Positions 9,699 through 18,776 of a stretch of 64,000 bases of DNA are shown piece after piece. A program made the position numbers and the translations under genes. The DNA is taken from positions 17,628-81,627 of the IMG/VR virus record IMGVR_UViG_3300046780_000484, one strand, 5' to 3'. Numbering within the stretch: position 1 is the stretch's first letter; every line of letters begins with the position of its first letter. Source of the stretch: a virus. Below the pieces are notes generated by a model. That model was not told the origin of the DNA. It saw only the letters and a list, made by a program, of their open reading frames with translations, and did not search any database.

Positions 9699-10103
9699 CT
9701 ATACGAGGCTGTACGCCGCGCCGGCTGCTGCGACCTGGAACGTATTGCCGTTCGCCACAGATACCGGCTGCCCGGTCCAGGACCCGTAAAGATGCCGCAG
9801 CGGCGTCCCCGCCGTGTCCCAGATCTCCAGGCCCACGATGCTCCAGGTACTGCCGGAGTTCGTCCACGACACCGACCCGGCGTTACTCGTGGCCCCGGCC
9901 GACGCGGCGTTCCACGTGATGGTGGACCCGCCCGTCGTGTACCCGCTGCCGCCGCCCAGTTCCGTCATGTTGGACGTCGCTGTCGGCGCGGTGGTCCCGA
10001 GGCGGATCTTGGTCGCGGCGACCGTCGTGTACGCCACGTTGCGGAGCTGGGCGTTGATGATGTTGTTCGCGTCGGTCTGATCAATCGCTCCCAACGTGGC
10101 CAC
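9699..10103 (-). CDS. minor tail/virion structural protein
   Basis: TELGGGSGYTTGG, EIWDTAGTP, VSVANGNTFQV pattern typical of actinophage tail-associated proteins. Confidence 0.7.
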   Translation of the reverse strand: MATLGAIDQTDANNIINAQLRNVAYTTVAATKIRLGTTAPTATSNMTELGGGSGYTTGGSTITWNAASAGATSNAGSVSWTNSGSTWSIVGLEIWDTAGTPLRHLYGSWTGQPVSVANGNTFQVAAAGAAYSLV

Positions 10104-10143
10104 CTGCCTCGCTTGCTAAAGGTTTGCTGATAGAATTTCAAGC

Positions 10144-10896
10144 GTGACCAAAGCCATTTGCGCAGTTGACGACTGCGACAAGATAGCGATTGCGCGCGGG
10201 TGGTGCGCCAGGCACTACCAGAGCTGGAAGAAGTACAGTGACCCGGTAAAGAGCACCCTGCGGCAGGCAGATTTCACATGCTCGGCAGATGGCTGCGACA
10301 GCCCCGCGAAGACCACGGGCTTGTGCATAAAGCACTACACGCGCCAACTGCGGAACGGTGACCCGCTCGCGGTTCAGTACATCCGGGGGGACGACCGCGC
10401 CCGGTTCGAGTCCTACGTGGACCGCTCGGAAGGCCCGGACGCCTGCCATCCGTGGACCGGGGGGCAGTGCACGGGCGGTTACGGCCAGATCAGCATCAAG
10501 GGCGCACTGCAACTGGTGCACATCGCGGCCTGGGAGTTCGAGCGCGGCCCGAAGCCCCTAGGAACGGACATCGACCACGAGTGCCACAATCAAGCCATCC
10601 GCGATGGCGCCTGCAAGCCGGGAATCTGCCCGCACCGGCTCTGCTGCAACGCCGCGCACCTGATCTCAAGGACGCGGCGAGAACACGCCGATGCCACGGA
10701 GTGCTCATACCGCACGCGAGGCAGCCGCGTGAATACCGCTAAGGTGACCGAAACTCAGGTGCAGGAAATCCGCAGGCTGCTGGCAGCGGACGTCATGCCG
10801 CAGATCCGCATTGCCGAGTTGTATGACATCAGCCCGAACGCGATCTCCCGTATCAAGCTCGGGCAGACGTGGACGTGGCTTCCCCCGGAGCCGTGA
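10144..10896 (+). CDS. HNH homing endonuclease with Zn-finger repeats and C-terminal HTH, counter-oriented
   Basis: CAVDDC...WCARHY repeats; CHPWTG...GYGQI...DIDHEC...CCNAAHL; leaderless TAGAAT-7nt-GTG. Confidence 0.9.
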   Translation: MTKAICAVDDCDKIAIARGWCARHYQSWKKYSDPVKSTLRQADFTCSADGCDSPAKTTGLCIKHYTRQLRNGDPLAVQYIRGDDRARFESYVDRSEGPDACHPWTGGQCTGGYGQISIKGALQLVHIAAWEFERGPKPLGTDIDHECHNQAIRDGACKPGICPHRLCCNAAHLISRTRREHADATECSYRTRGSRVNTAKVTETQVQEIRRLLAADVMPQIRIAELYDISPNAISRIKLGQTWTWLPPEP

Positions 10897-11160
10897 TCAG
10901 CCCCCCGTCACATGCACGGGCCCCGCGGGACCCACGGTGATCGTCACCGGCCGGCCGGTCGCATCCCCGGTCTCCCGGACATGGGCGACGTGCTGCTCGT
11001 GCGTGTGGCCGCGTGTCGAGCAGCAGCCCTCGACACTGCCCCCCGGCTCCCCGTCCGGGGTTTCGCACCGCACTGCGGCGTCCAGGTCACCCGGCCCGGT
11101 CTGGTCCGTGAATCCGTACGCTCCGCAGTTGTCGCATTGCACGTGGAAGACGAGCGGCAT
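10897..11160 (-). CDS. small Cys/His-rich hypothetical protein
   Basis: GGAGG RBS; CDNC, CC, H motifs. Confidence 0.6.
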   Translation of the reverse strand: MPLVFHVQCDNCGAYGFTDQTGPGDLDAAVRCETPDGEPGGSVEGCCSTRGHTHEQHVAHVRETGDATGRPVTITVGPAGPVHVTGG

Positions 11161-11213
11161 GGCACCTCCGGGCAGGGCGTGGTGAGGGGGGCGTGGAAAC
11201 GCGGAGACAGCGG

Positions 11214-14200
11214 TCAGGCGCCCTTGCCGGATGCCTGCAGGCCCGTCTTGTTATTGCGCCTGGCCTGTCGGAGCAGGGCGGCCTGGACCTGCTCGGTGAT
11301 CTTCTTGATGTCCGCCGCGGACAGGTTCAGGCCCCCGGACCCGCCCCCGGACACGTTGATCGTCACGTGGTTAGTCGTGGCCCCCGCGGACCGCAGGTTC
11401 GGCGCGGTCATCCCGCCGTACTGGGCCATGGCCGCCTGCGCGCCGAGCGCGTTGGACGCCTTCCCCAGCTGCGCCCACAGCGAGTTGACCTGCCCCACCC
11501 CGCTGCCGGAGGTGCCGCCCCCGGTGAGGATCGACTGGGCCAGGGCGTCTCCCTGGACGGGCCCGGCGGCGATCAGCTGCGCGATGAGGCTCTTGTTCAG
11601 GTGCTGCTTCCGCAGGGTGCCGATGTCCCCGGTGAAGCTCTTGACCGAGCCCAGGTAGGACTGCATCTGGTCGGCGACGGACCCCTGGGCCGGGTCCATC
11701 CCGCTCAGGTTCAGGCCCTGCTGGGCCGCCGAAGACACCGACCTGGCGTAGGCGAGCTCCTGGGTGATCTTGCCGACCAGGGCCTGCGCGATCTTCCCCG
11801 CCCCGGCCTGCTTCAGCGCCGAGGTGATCCCGTCGATGAGCGTCCACGCGAGGTGGCCCAGGTTCCCGGACATCCTCGTCGGGTCGGGGAACCCGATCAT
11901 GTGCGGGACGATGCCGCCCGCGGCGAAATGCGTGGAGTGGCTTTGCGGGGCGCCGAACCCGGGGACCCGGTGGGCGGCCAGGATCGGGGCGATGAGCGAC
12001 ACCAGGTTCCGGGGGACGACGACCTCGCCCGGCTCGAGCATGGCGGGGATGATGTCGCCGGAGCCGCTTCCGGGGACCAGGCCGCCGGTCTGCATGCCCG
12101 GGGCCCGGACCCCGACGGGGATGCCCCGGGTCACTCCCGCCATGCCGCCGATGGTGATCATCCGGGTGGTGATCGTGACTTCCTTGCTGTGCAGCGCGGC
12201 GATCTCCGCGTTCAGCGCGGCCACCGCAGCCGCGCCCTGGACGTGTGCCGCCGCCTGGACGTTCTTGCTTTTCAGGGCGGCGATCTGGTTTTCCAGAGTC
12301 TTAAGCTGCCCCGCGCCCTGCACGTTGACCTTGGCGCTGACCTGCTTGCCCTTGAGCGCACCTAGCTGGGACTGCACTTGCGCGGTGTTCAGCTGGGCGT
12401 TGATCTTGGCGACCAGGCCGGACGGAACGTGGAGGTTCTTCAGGATGGCATCGACTGCCACGGTCATCTGGCCGGGTTTCACCCCGCCCATGGCCAGGCT
12501 GGACGTCAGGCCCTGCAGCCCGGCCGCGTTCACGCCGCCGCCCCTGGCGAGCGGGTGCGCGGCGAGGGCAAGGGCCTGCTGGGCCATCTGCGCAGTCAGC
12601 CCGGACTGAAGGGCACTCGGGCCGCCCATTCCCCCGGTGATCAGGTCTGCCGCGATAGCGGGGATGTTCGCGACGGCCTTAGTGCCCTGGGTGAGAATGG
12701 CCTGCGCCTGTGCCGGAGTACCAGCAGACCCCGTGATCGCGCGGACGAGGTTCTTGTAACTCATCCCCACGCTGATCCCCGGGATGTTCGCCTGCATGGC
12801 CTGCTGCTCGAGCATCGCCTGGGCCATGGGGGAATGCGCTGTCAGCGGCAGCATCTGCTGCAGGTCGAACGCGCTCAGCCGGGTGCCCTGCTGCCCGGTG
12901 ATCGCCCCGAGCGTCAGGTAGGTCCGCATCTGGTCCAGGTTCGCCTGCTGCGCCGCGACCATCCCCTGCGGCCCGGCGAATGTCGTCCATGCCGCAGCGC
13001 CCTGCGGGGTGAAGATGTTGGATAGCGCCTTCGCCATCGCCGGGTAGGCAGGGCCGGCAGGCATCCGGAGACCAGCCCGCGTGTGCGTCACCGGAGTGCC
13101 GCCCAGCATCCCGAACAGCGCCGCCTGGCCCGCCGGGCCGCCGGTCATGATCTGGGTCATCGCGTCCAGGCCCTGGTTGACCTGCGCCAGCGACTTCATC
13201 TGCGTGGTGGACATGATGTAGTCCGCCGCCCCGGCCATGAGCAGCCCGGATGCCGTGCCCGGCTGACCGCCGATGGTCGCGGTGCGGTACGTCTGGGCGA
13301 ACTGCCTGAGCTGCTGCTTCGCCGTCGCGTCGAGCTGGCCGCCCTTGATGTCCTTCGGCGAGATCATCGCCATGCTCATTGCCTCGAAGGCCTGAGTCAG
13401 GGTCGTGCCCTTGATCCCGATACCTTGCAGGGCCTTGATGGCTGACGGCCCGGCCGTGACCAGATCGCCTAGCTGCTGGCCGAATGACCCGAGCGCGTTC
13501 TGGTAAACCTGCGCTGCCGTCGGCCCCATGCCCGCTCCCGGGCCGAACCGGGCATATGTGGAAGACGCCTGCATCGCAGGGAAATAATTCGCGACATATC
13601 CCGCATATCCGGCAGTAGGTACCCCCGCTGCACCCTGGGCCGCCTGGTACATGGCTTTCGTGATCGGGTGCAATGCCCCGGCGCCGAACGACTGGTCGAT
13701 CCCCGCCTGGAGGCCGGCCATCTGCCGCATCGGCCCGGTGGGCATCGTCGAGGCAAGCTGGGTCATCGCGAACGCCGACAGTGCCGCAGCCAGCCCTATC
13801 GGCCCGGCCCCGGCCCCCAGGACCCCGGCCAGCCCGGCACCTTCTATTCCCGCGCCGGCGTCGGCGACCGTGCCGAGCCCCAGCCTCTCCGCCAGCCCGG
13901 CCAGCCCCCCGAACTTCGCGCCGCCCAGCCAGCCGGGAAGCTTCCCGCCGCCCAGGACCGGCCCGCCCCACCGCCAGCCCGCCTCGGCCGCCAGTCCCGC
14001 CCCGAGGAGCGGCCCCGGGATGTGCCCGGTAGCGAAGGCCGCCGCTCCGGTGATCCCCTTCAGCCCGCCGATCAGCCCGGGGCCGATCCCGGGAAGGTTC
14101 GGCGCGAGATTGAGGAGGGTGTCCCCGATGTTCGCGCCGATGTCCCCGAACGTCCGCAGGAACCCGGTACCGCCCGCCATGGCGCCGGTGACCTGCTGCA

Positions 14201-15323
14201 TGCGGTTGTGCAGGACCATGGCGGCGATGCCGCGGTCGACCATCGCGATCGTCTGCACGCCCATCCCGGTGAACGCTCCGGAACCCTGGCCTACCAGGTC
14301 ACGCAGGCCGCCGCCGATCCCGAAGACGCCACCCTGGGCTAGGTTCTGGGCGTTCTGGAGGTTACGGCTGAGTCCCAGCATGGTGCCGAACGTCTGGTTG
14401 CCGTACGCGCCGCCGAGGGCTTCCTGCGCGTTGTACATGGCGTTGCCGCGCAGGTAGAGATTCTGGCCTGCCTGGAGCCCGACAGCGCCTGCGGCCCCGG
14501 CCGCTACCGCTGCGGGGATGACCGTGGACAGGGTTTCCATGGTGAGCATGGTGATCATGTGGGCAGCCTGGAGGGTGGGCAGCGCCCCGCCGAAGATCTT
14601 GCTGGCGAGTCCGCCGGCGGCAGCGCCGGCAAGAGCGCCGCCCCCGCCACCCCCGCCGCCGCCGCCTCCTGCGGCTGCTGCGGCGAGCGCTGCGGCCCCC
14701 CATCCGCCTCCGCCGCCGCCTCCTGGCATACCGCCGCGAAGGCTTCCGCCATACAAATCCGCGAACGGGGTGAGATTTTCCGTGAGGTTATATCCGCTGC
14801 GACTTCCGCGCCCCACAGTCCCAGCAGCATCCCGGGTTGCCCTAACGAAGCGCGTCGTAGCCTCGGCAGCAGCATCATGCGCGTCTGCGTTGTCCCGCAG
14901 GGTCTGCGTCTGCGCCCTCATCCCGTCAGCGGAGTCAGCGACGTTCCGGCTGATGACCCCCAGGTGCGTTTCCATCCGCCCCATGGAGTCGGTCGCCATG
15001 TCCATGTACGTGGAGATGTCCTTGAGGTGCTGGACCATCTCCCCGTTGCCGCCGCCGACGTGGACGGTCTTGTCGCCGAGGCCGTCAAGGGCGGCCCTGA
15101 GCGCGGCAACCTTTCCCATCGCGGCGGAGGTGTCGACGTCGATCTTGATGTGCTTGTCCGGGAGGGCGGCCATCGCGGTCCCGAGCCCGGCGATCTCGCG
15201 CTTGACCTTGGCGATGTCGGCGACTAGCCCCTCGTTCGCCTTGATCATCTTGGCGACGCCGGCTATGTAGCCTGAGGCGTCTGCGACGAAGGCCTGCTCG
15301 ACTGATGGCAATCCGCCCGGCAC
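11214..15323 (-). CDS. tape measure protein
   Basis: 1369 aa Ala/Gly/Gln-rich; MQTGGLVPGSGSGDIIPAMLEPGEVVV motif typical of TMP C-terminal regions. Confidence 0.9.
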   Translation of the reverse strand: MPGGLPSVEQAFVADASGYIAGVAKMIKANEGLVADIAKVKREIAGLGTAMAALPDKHIKIDVDTSAAMGKVAALRAALDGLGDKTVHVGGGNGEMVQHLKDISTYMDMATDSMGRMETHLGVISRNVADSADGMRAQTQTLRDNADAHDAAAEATTRFVRATRDAAGTVGRGSRSGYNLTENLTPFADLYGGSLRGGMPGGGGGGGWGAAALAAAAAGGGGGGGGGGGALAGAAAGGLASKIFGGALPTLQAAHMITMLTMETLSTVIPAAVAAGAAGAVGLQAGQNLYLRGNAMYNAQEALGGAYGNQTFGTMLGLSRNLQNAQNLAQGGVFGIGGGLRDLVGQGSGAFTGMGVQTIAMVDRGIAAMVLHNRMQQVTGAMAGGTGFLRTFGDIGANIGDTLLNLAPNLPGIGPGLIGGLKGITGAAAFATGHIPGPLLGAGLAAEAGWRWGGPVLGGGKLPGWLGGAKFGGLAGLAERLGLGTVADAGAGIEGAGLAGVLGAGAGPIGLAAALSAFAMTQLASTMPTGPMRQMAGLQAGIDQSFGAGALHPITKAMYQAAQGAAGVPTAGYAGYVANYFPAMQASSTYARFGPGAGMGPTAAQVYQNALGSFGQQLGDLVTAGPSAIKALQGIGIKGTTLTQAFEAMSMAMISPKDIKGGQLDATAKQQLRQFAQTYRTATIGGQPGTASGLLMAGAADYIMSTTQMKSLAQVNQGLDAMTQIMTGGPAGQAALFGMLGGTPVTHTRAGLRMPAGPAYPAMAKALSNIFTPQGAAAWTTFAGPQGMVAAQQANLDQMRTYLTLGAITGQQGTRLSAFDLQQMLPLTAHSPMAQAMLEQQAMQANIPGISVGMSYKNLVRAITGSAGTPAQAQAILTQGTKAVANIPAIAADLITGGMGGPSALQSGLTAQMAQQALALAAHPLARGGGVNAAGLQGLTSSLAMGGVKPGQMTVAVDAILKNLHVPSGLVAKINAQLNTAQVQSQLGALKGKQVSAKVNVQGAGQLKTLENQIAALKSKNVQAAAHVQGAAAVAALNAEIAALHSKEVTITTRMITIGGMAGVTRGIPVGVRAPGMQTGGLVPGSGSGDIIPAMLEPGEVVVPRNLVSLIAPILAAHRVPGFGAPQSHSTHFAAGGIVPHMIGFPDPTRMSGNLGHLAWTLIDGITSALKQAGAGKIAQALVGKITQELAYARSVSSAAQQGLNLSGMDPAQGSVADQMQSYLGSVKSFTGDIGTLRKQHLNKSLIAQLIAAGPVQGDALAQSILTGGGTSGSGVGQVNSLWAQLGKASNALGAQAAMAQYGGMTAPNLRSAGATTNHVTINVSGGGSGGLNLSAADIKKITEQVQAALLRQARRNNKTGLQASGKGA

Positions 15324-15340
15324 AGGTCACCCCCTCCGCA

Positions 15341-15826
15341 TCACGGGTCGTACGGGCGGAACGCCTCGATCGCGATCCGCTGCAGTTCCCCGTCATCGAT
15401 CGCGTCCTCGGTGGTCGGCTCGAGGAACGGGTGCTTCTCCATGAGGACCGACCGGTGCCGCCAGATCCCCCCGGAGTCCTTCCAGCCCATGTGCCTGCCG
15501 GACGTGGGCCGCAGGAGGCAGGAGCCGAACTCGAAGACGTGCGCCCGCCTGTCCGTGGACCCCGCCGACGACGACGACCGCAGCCCTTCCGTCGCCGGGG
15601 TCGAGTACATGCTGTCCGCCAGCGCCCCGGATCCGTACGAGGGGGGCTCGCCCGGCCGGGCCTTGTAGTAGGTGCCGGGCGGGTTGATCCGCCGGGTCAG
15701 GGTCTCGTTCGCCGTCCGGTCCGCGATGTACCGGGCCATCGCCCCGGCGGCTGCGGGAGCGCCCAGCCTAGCCTTCGCCAGGACGGCTTCCAGGTAGGCG
15801 ACGTTCTGCTCGGGAGTGATCGCCAC
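15341..15826 (-). CDS. HK97 gp10-like tail completion protein
   Basis: PGEPPSYGSGALADSM, AHVFEFG, KHPFLEPT motifs. Confidence 0.7.
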   Translation of the reverse strand: MAITPEQNVAYLEAVLAKARLGAPAAAGAMARYIADRTANETLTRRINPPGTYYKARPGEPPSYGSGALADSMYSTPATEGLRSSSSAGSTDRRAHVFEFGSCLLRPTSGRHMGWKDSGGIWRHRSVLMEKHPFLEPTTEDAIDDGELQRIAIEAFRPYDP

Positions 15827-15839
15827 GGAGCACCCCCCG

Positions 15840-16090
15840 GAGCGTCCTCAGATCGCCGCCGGCCGCCTGGAGGGGCATCACCCGCGCGCTGAGGCACGGC
15901 CGGCTCCAGCCAAGCCCTACACGGCGGTAGCGGCCCTTCCAGTCGCCGCCGGGCGCGCCGAAACCGAACCGTTCTGTCGGCTGACCCTCGCACCACCACC
16001 ACACCGGCCGGCCGAGCGCCATCAGCTCAGCCGCCTCAGCCCACGTACCCCGCGCCACCCAGCCGCTCAGATGTGATCGAGAAACACGCC
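15840..16090 (-). pseudogene. orphan 3' half paralogous to the 18321-18770 gene
   Basis: GVFLD-[5 nt insert]-LSGWVARGTWAE...GRPVWWWCEGQPTERFGF...DWKGRYRRVGLG aligns with the C-half of 18321-18770; begins exactly after the IS right end. Confidence 0.8.
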
Positions 16091-16123
16091 TTGACATCCT
16101 CCTTGCGTAATACAAGGATTCCC
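16091..16123 (-). mobile_element. IS200/IS605-type right end (3' end of omegaRNA scaffold)
   Basis: Minus strand GGGAAT-CCTTGT-attac-GCAAGG-AGGATG-TCAA directly after tnpB stop. Confidence 0.8.
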
Positions 16124-16131
16124 GGCGGCGC

Positions 16132-17415
16132 TCATGCGGCACCTGCCAGAGGTTCACGCAACCGCCTCCCGGCAAGCCGGGGACTCGGCGCTGTGCGCCT
16201 GCGCGTGCTGTTAAGGCCGGCTGCCCGCCGGGCCTTCCGCTCAATATTCAGAGCGGCATTCTTGTCCGCGTGATCGGTGTGGCCGCATGCGGTGCAGGCG
16301 AACTCCCGCCCGCAGCCGGGTCTACTTTTGGGATCCACTGTCCCGCATGCCGAGCACGTTTGAGACGTGAACGGCGCGGGAACCACCCGCAGTTCGCTCC
16401 CGAACAGGGGAGCCTTGTACTCCAACTGGCGGCGCCGTTCGTAAGGGATATTGTCCAGGATCGCCCGGTTGAGAGCCGCCTTCTGGCGGATGTTCTTACC
16501 GGGAGCGTCGGCAGTACCCTTCGCGCTTGCCGTCATCCTCATCACCCGCAAGTCCTCGATGCCGACGTAGCCGTGGTTTTTGGCGAGGTCGGTCGTGAGC
16601 TTGTGGGTGAAGTCGAGCCTGCGCCGCGCTTGCCGACCGCGCAGATCAGCGATAGCGGCGTACGTCTTGCGGAGACGACTGGAGTACCGGCCGCCGTTGT
16701 GCTTCTTTGCATAGGCGAGCTGCCGCCGCGCCCGGCGCTCCAATCCAAGCAGCCGTTTCTGCTCACCCGGCGTGAGAGTCGGAGGCATCAGCCGGGGCGC
16801 ATCCTCGTCGGAGACGTAGGCTGCGCAGGTAGTGCCGAAGTCCACCCCGCAACCCGGCTTCTCGTTTGCCGGAGCGGCCTTGCGGCCCGTTGCGACACCG
16901 ACGACGAGATGCCATATGCCCGCACCGTTCACCTTGACCGTTGCGTTCCGCAGTTCACCGCCGAGCGATCGGGACCAGCGGAACCGCACCCATCCGATCT
17001 TCGGGAGCCGGATTTCGCTCCAGTGTCGGTTCAGCCGCCGTATCTTCAGATCCTGGCCGGTGAACGGGACGGCAAGGATCTTGCTGCGCTTCTTGCGCTC
17101 GGGGGCACCCGCCAGATGTCGCGGGTTCCACCAGTTGTCGTAGGCGCGGTCAAGATGCCTGAGGATCTGGTGTGCGCTCTGGGCTGGCATGTCGGTCAGC
17201 CAGGGCAGGTCGGCGCGGGCCTGGGTTAGGTAGGCACTCTGATCGAAGGCGCGCAAGGTGCGCCGTCGCTGTTCCCAGACGAACCGGCGCTGCTCCAGCG
17301 CGAGATTCCAGACAGTGCGGCACATGTGACCCCAGGCAGTCAAGCGTTCCGCTTGATCTGGTTCTGGGTACAGGCGATACTTCCGCGCAGAGTCTGCCTT
17401 GCGAGTCTCGCTCAC
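16132..17415 (-). CDS. tnpB: TnpB RNA-guided endonuclease
   Basis: N-terminal KYRLYP HTH; RuvC residues GVDFG, IEDL, ADKNAALNI all present; CSACG/CTACG zinc finger. Confidence 0.95.
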   Translation of the reverse strand: MSETRKADSARKYRLYPEPDQAERLTAWGHMCRTVWNLALEQRRFVWEQRRRTLRAFDQSAYLTQARADLPWLTDMPAQSAHQILRHLDRAYDNWWNPRHLAGAPERKKRSKILAVPFTGQDLKIRRLNRHWSEIRLPKIGWVRFRWSRSLGGELRNATVKVNGAGIWHLVVGVATGRKAAPANEKPGCGVDFGTTCAAYVSDEDAPRLMPPTLTPGEQKRLLGLERRARRQLAYAKKHNGGRYSSRLRKTYAAIADLRGRQARRRLDFTHKLTTDLAKNHGYVGIEDLRVMRMTASAKGTADAPGKNIRQKAALNRAILDNIPYERRRQLEYKAPLFGSELRVVPAPFTSQTCSACGTVDPKSRPGCGREFACTACGHTDHADKNAALNIERKARRAAGLNSTRRRTAPSPRLAGRRLREPLAGAA

Positions 17416-18149
17416 GACGTCTCATCGAGCCGGTCGAATAGGCTTCTTTGCGCGCTCATGACTCCGACCAGCAGGTAGGAGTGGGCCCGGTGTGCTCGCT
17501 GCTGGCGTTTGGTTGGCTGCGGCATCCGAGAGGTGTTGACCAAGACGAACATGTCGGCCAGGTCCACGCCCGCCGCCGCCATGATCCGGATGACGTCAAG
17601 ATGCACGAGGTGCAGCCGGTGGTTGTAGGTCATGTCCTGGCACTTGACCATCAGCCGCCCGGTGCCGGGAGCCAAGACGCGAGCGCACTCGCGAACACCG
17701 TCCCGGTACAGGTCCAGTACGTCGTTCATAGTCTGACGCCCGGTGGTGTTCAGCGCGTAACTGCGGCCAACCCCGAAGTTGCGCTCAGGCTTGCCGTGTA
17801 CCGGCTGGTAGGGCGGGTCGAACACCGCTACGTCAACGCTGCCATCGGCGTATGGCAGGTTCCGGCAGTCGGCCACGAGGTCAGCCTTCGCGGTCGGCCG
17901 GATATCGCTGCACGTCACCTCAAGCTTGGGGGCGGATCTCCAGAACACGCCCTCGCCGCAAGTCACATCGACCACCCGGTCATCCGAGGTGATCCACAGT
18001 TGGGCGACTTGCTCAATCAGCCGGTCATTGGTGCCGACAACCGCCGACGTGACCACATCGGGCGTTACTCCGGGGCAGATGACTGGCGCTCCATAGGCAA
18101 CCGGATCTGTCGGAGTATATCGCCCGCGTAGCCCGCTACCAGGTGTCAT
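17412..18149 (-). CDS. SAM-dependent amino-methyltransferase (probable DNA N6A/N4C MTase)
   Basis: DVTCGEGVFW motif I and FDPPY catalytic motif; stop overlaps tnpB start; leaderless TACACT-6nt-ATG. Confidence 0.8.
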   Translation of the reverse strand: MTPGSGLRGRYTPTDPVAYGAPVICPGVTPDVVTSAVVGTNDRLIEQVAQLWITSDDRVVDVTCGEGVFWRSAPKLEVTCSDIRPTAKADLVADCRNLPYADGSVDVAVFDPPYQPVHGKPERNFGVGRSYALNTTGRQTMNDVLDLYRDGVRECARVLAPGTGRLMVKCQDMTYNHRLHLVHLDVIRIMAAAGVDLADMFVLVNTSRMPQPTKRQQRAHRAHSYLLVGVMSAQRSLFDRLDETS

Positions 18150-18171
18150 GTACGCAGTGTACCATATTGGG

Positions 18172-18366
18172 ATGGAGCCGAAGCGAATGGGCACACGCGA
18201 GTTGCGGGACAATCTCAGCGTCCGTATCGACGCCGCCTACGTCCGCCATGAACCGACGATCGTCACCAGGAACGGGCGACCAAGAGCCGTACTCATCTCG
18301 TACGAGGAATGGCTCATGTCTCAAGCAAGGGGACGGGACCAGGAGGCCTGCACCGGCCCGCCATAG
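18172..18366 (+). CDS. Phd/YefM-family antitoxin (orphan)
   Basis: MGTRELRDNLS...EPTIVTRNGRPRAVLISYEEW. Confidence 0.85.
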   Translation: MEPKRMGTRELRDNLSVRIDAAYVRHEPTIVTRNGRPRAVLISYEEWLMSQARGRDQEACTGPP

Positions 18367-18770
18367 CCGAGACCGACACGACGATAGCGATATCCCCAGT
18401 CCCCGCGAATGCCGTCCGGACTGAATCCGAACCTGTCCGTCGGATCGCCGTCGCAGAACCACCAGACGGGCTTGTTGTCCGACAGTAGGCCGCAAACCTC
18501 CAAGTAGGTACCCCTAGCTACCCATCGGTTCACGTCTAGGAACACGCCGTAGGCTGCCTGCCGCCTCACCTCGGGCCACAGGGCCTGCCACTCCTTCGTG
18601 TTCCGGTAGAGATCCTCCGCGACCAGCACCCTCACCGGGCAGCCAGTCAGCGTGTGGAACGGGAACTCGCGGGCCGCCTCGAGGACGGGAGTGCCATACA
18701 AGGCCATCGGGGACATCAAATAAAGAACAGGCGGCGACGAGGAAATGACAGGCCGGAAATGCGGGAGCAT
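18321..18770 (-). CDS. hypothetical protein, possible nucleoside 2-deoxyribosyltransferase-like fold
   Basis: LYLMSPM N-terminal strand and VARGTYLEV...NKPVWW resemble NDT-like motifs. Confidence 0.5.
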   Translation of the reverse strand: MLPHFRPVISSSPPVLYLMSPMALYGTPVLEAAREFPFHTLTGCPVRVLVAEDLYRNTKEWQALWPEVRRQAAYGVFLDVNRWVARGTYLEVCGLLSDNKPVWWFCDGDPTDRFGFSPDGIRGDWGYRYRRVGLGYGGPVQASWSRPLA

Positions 18771-18776
18771 GTATAA

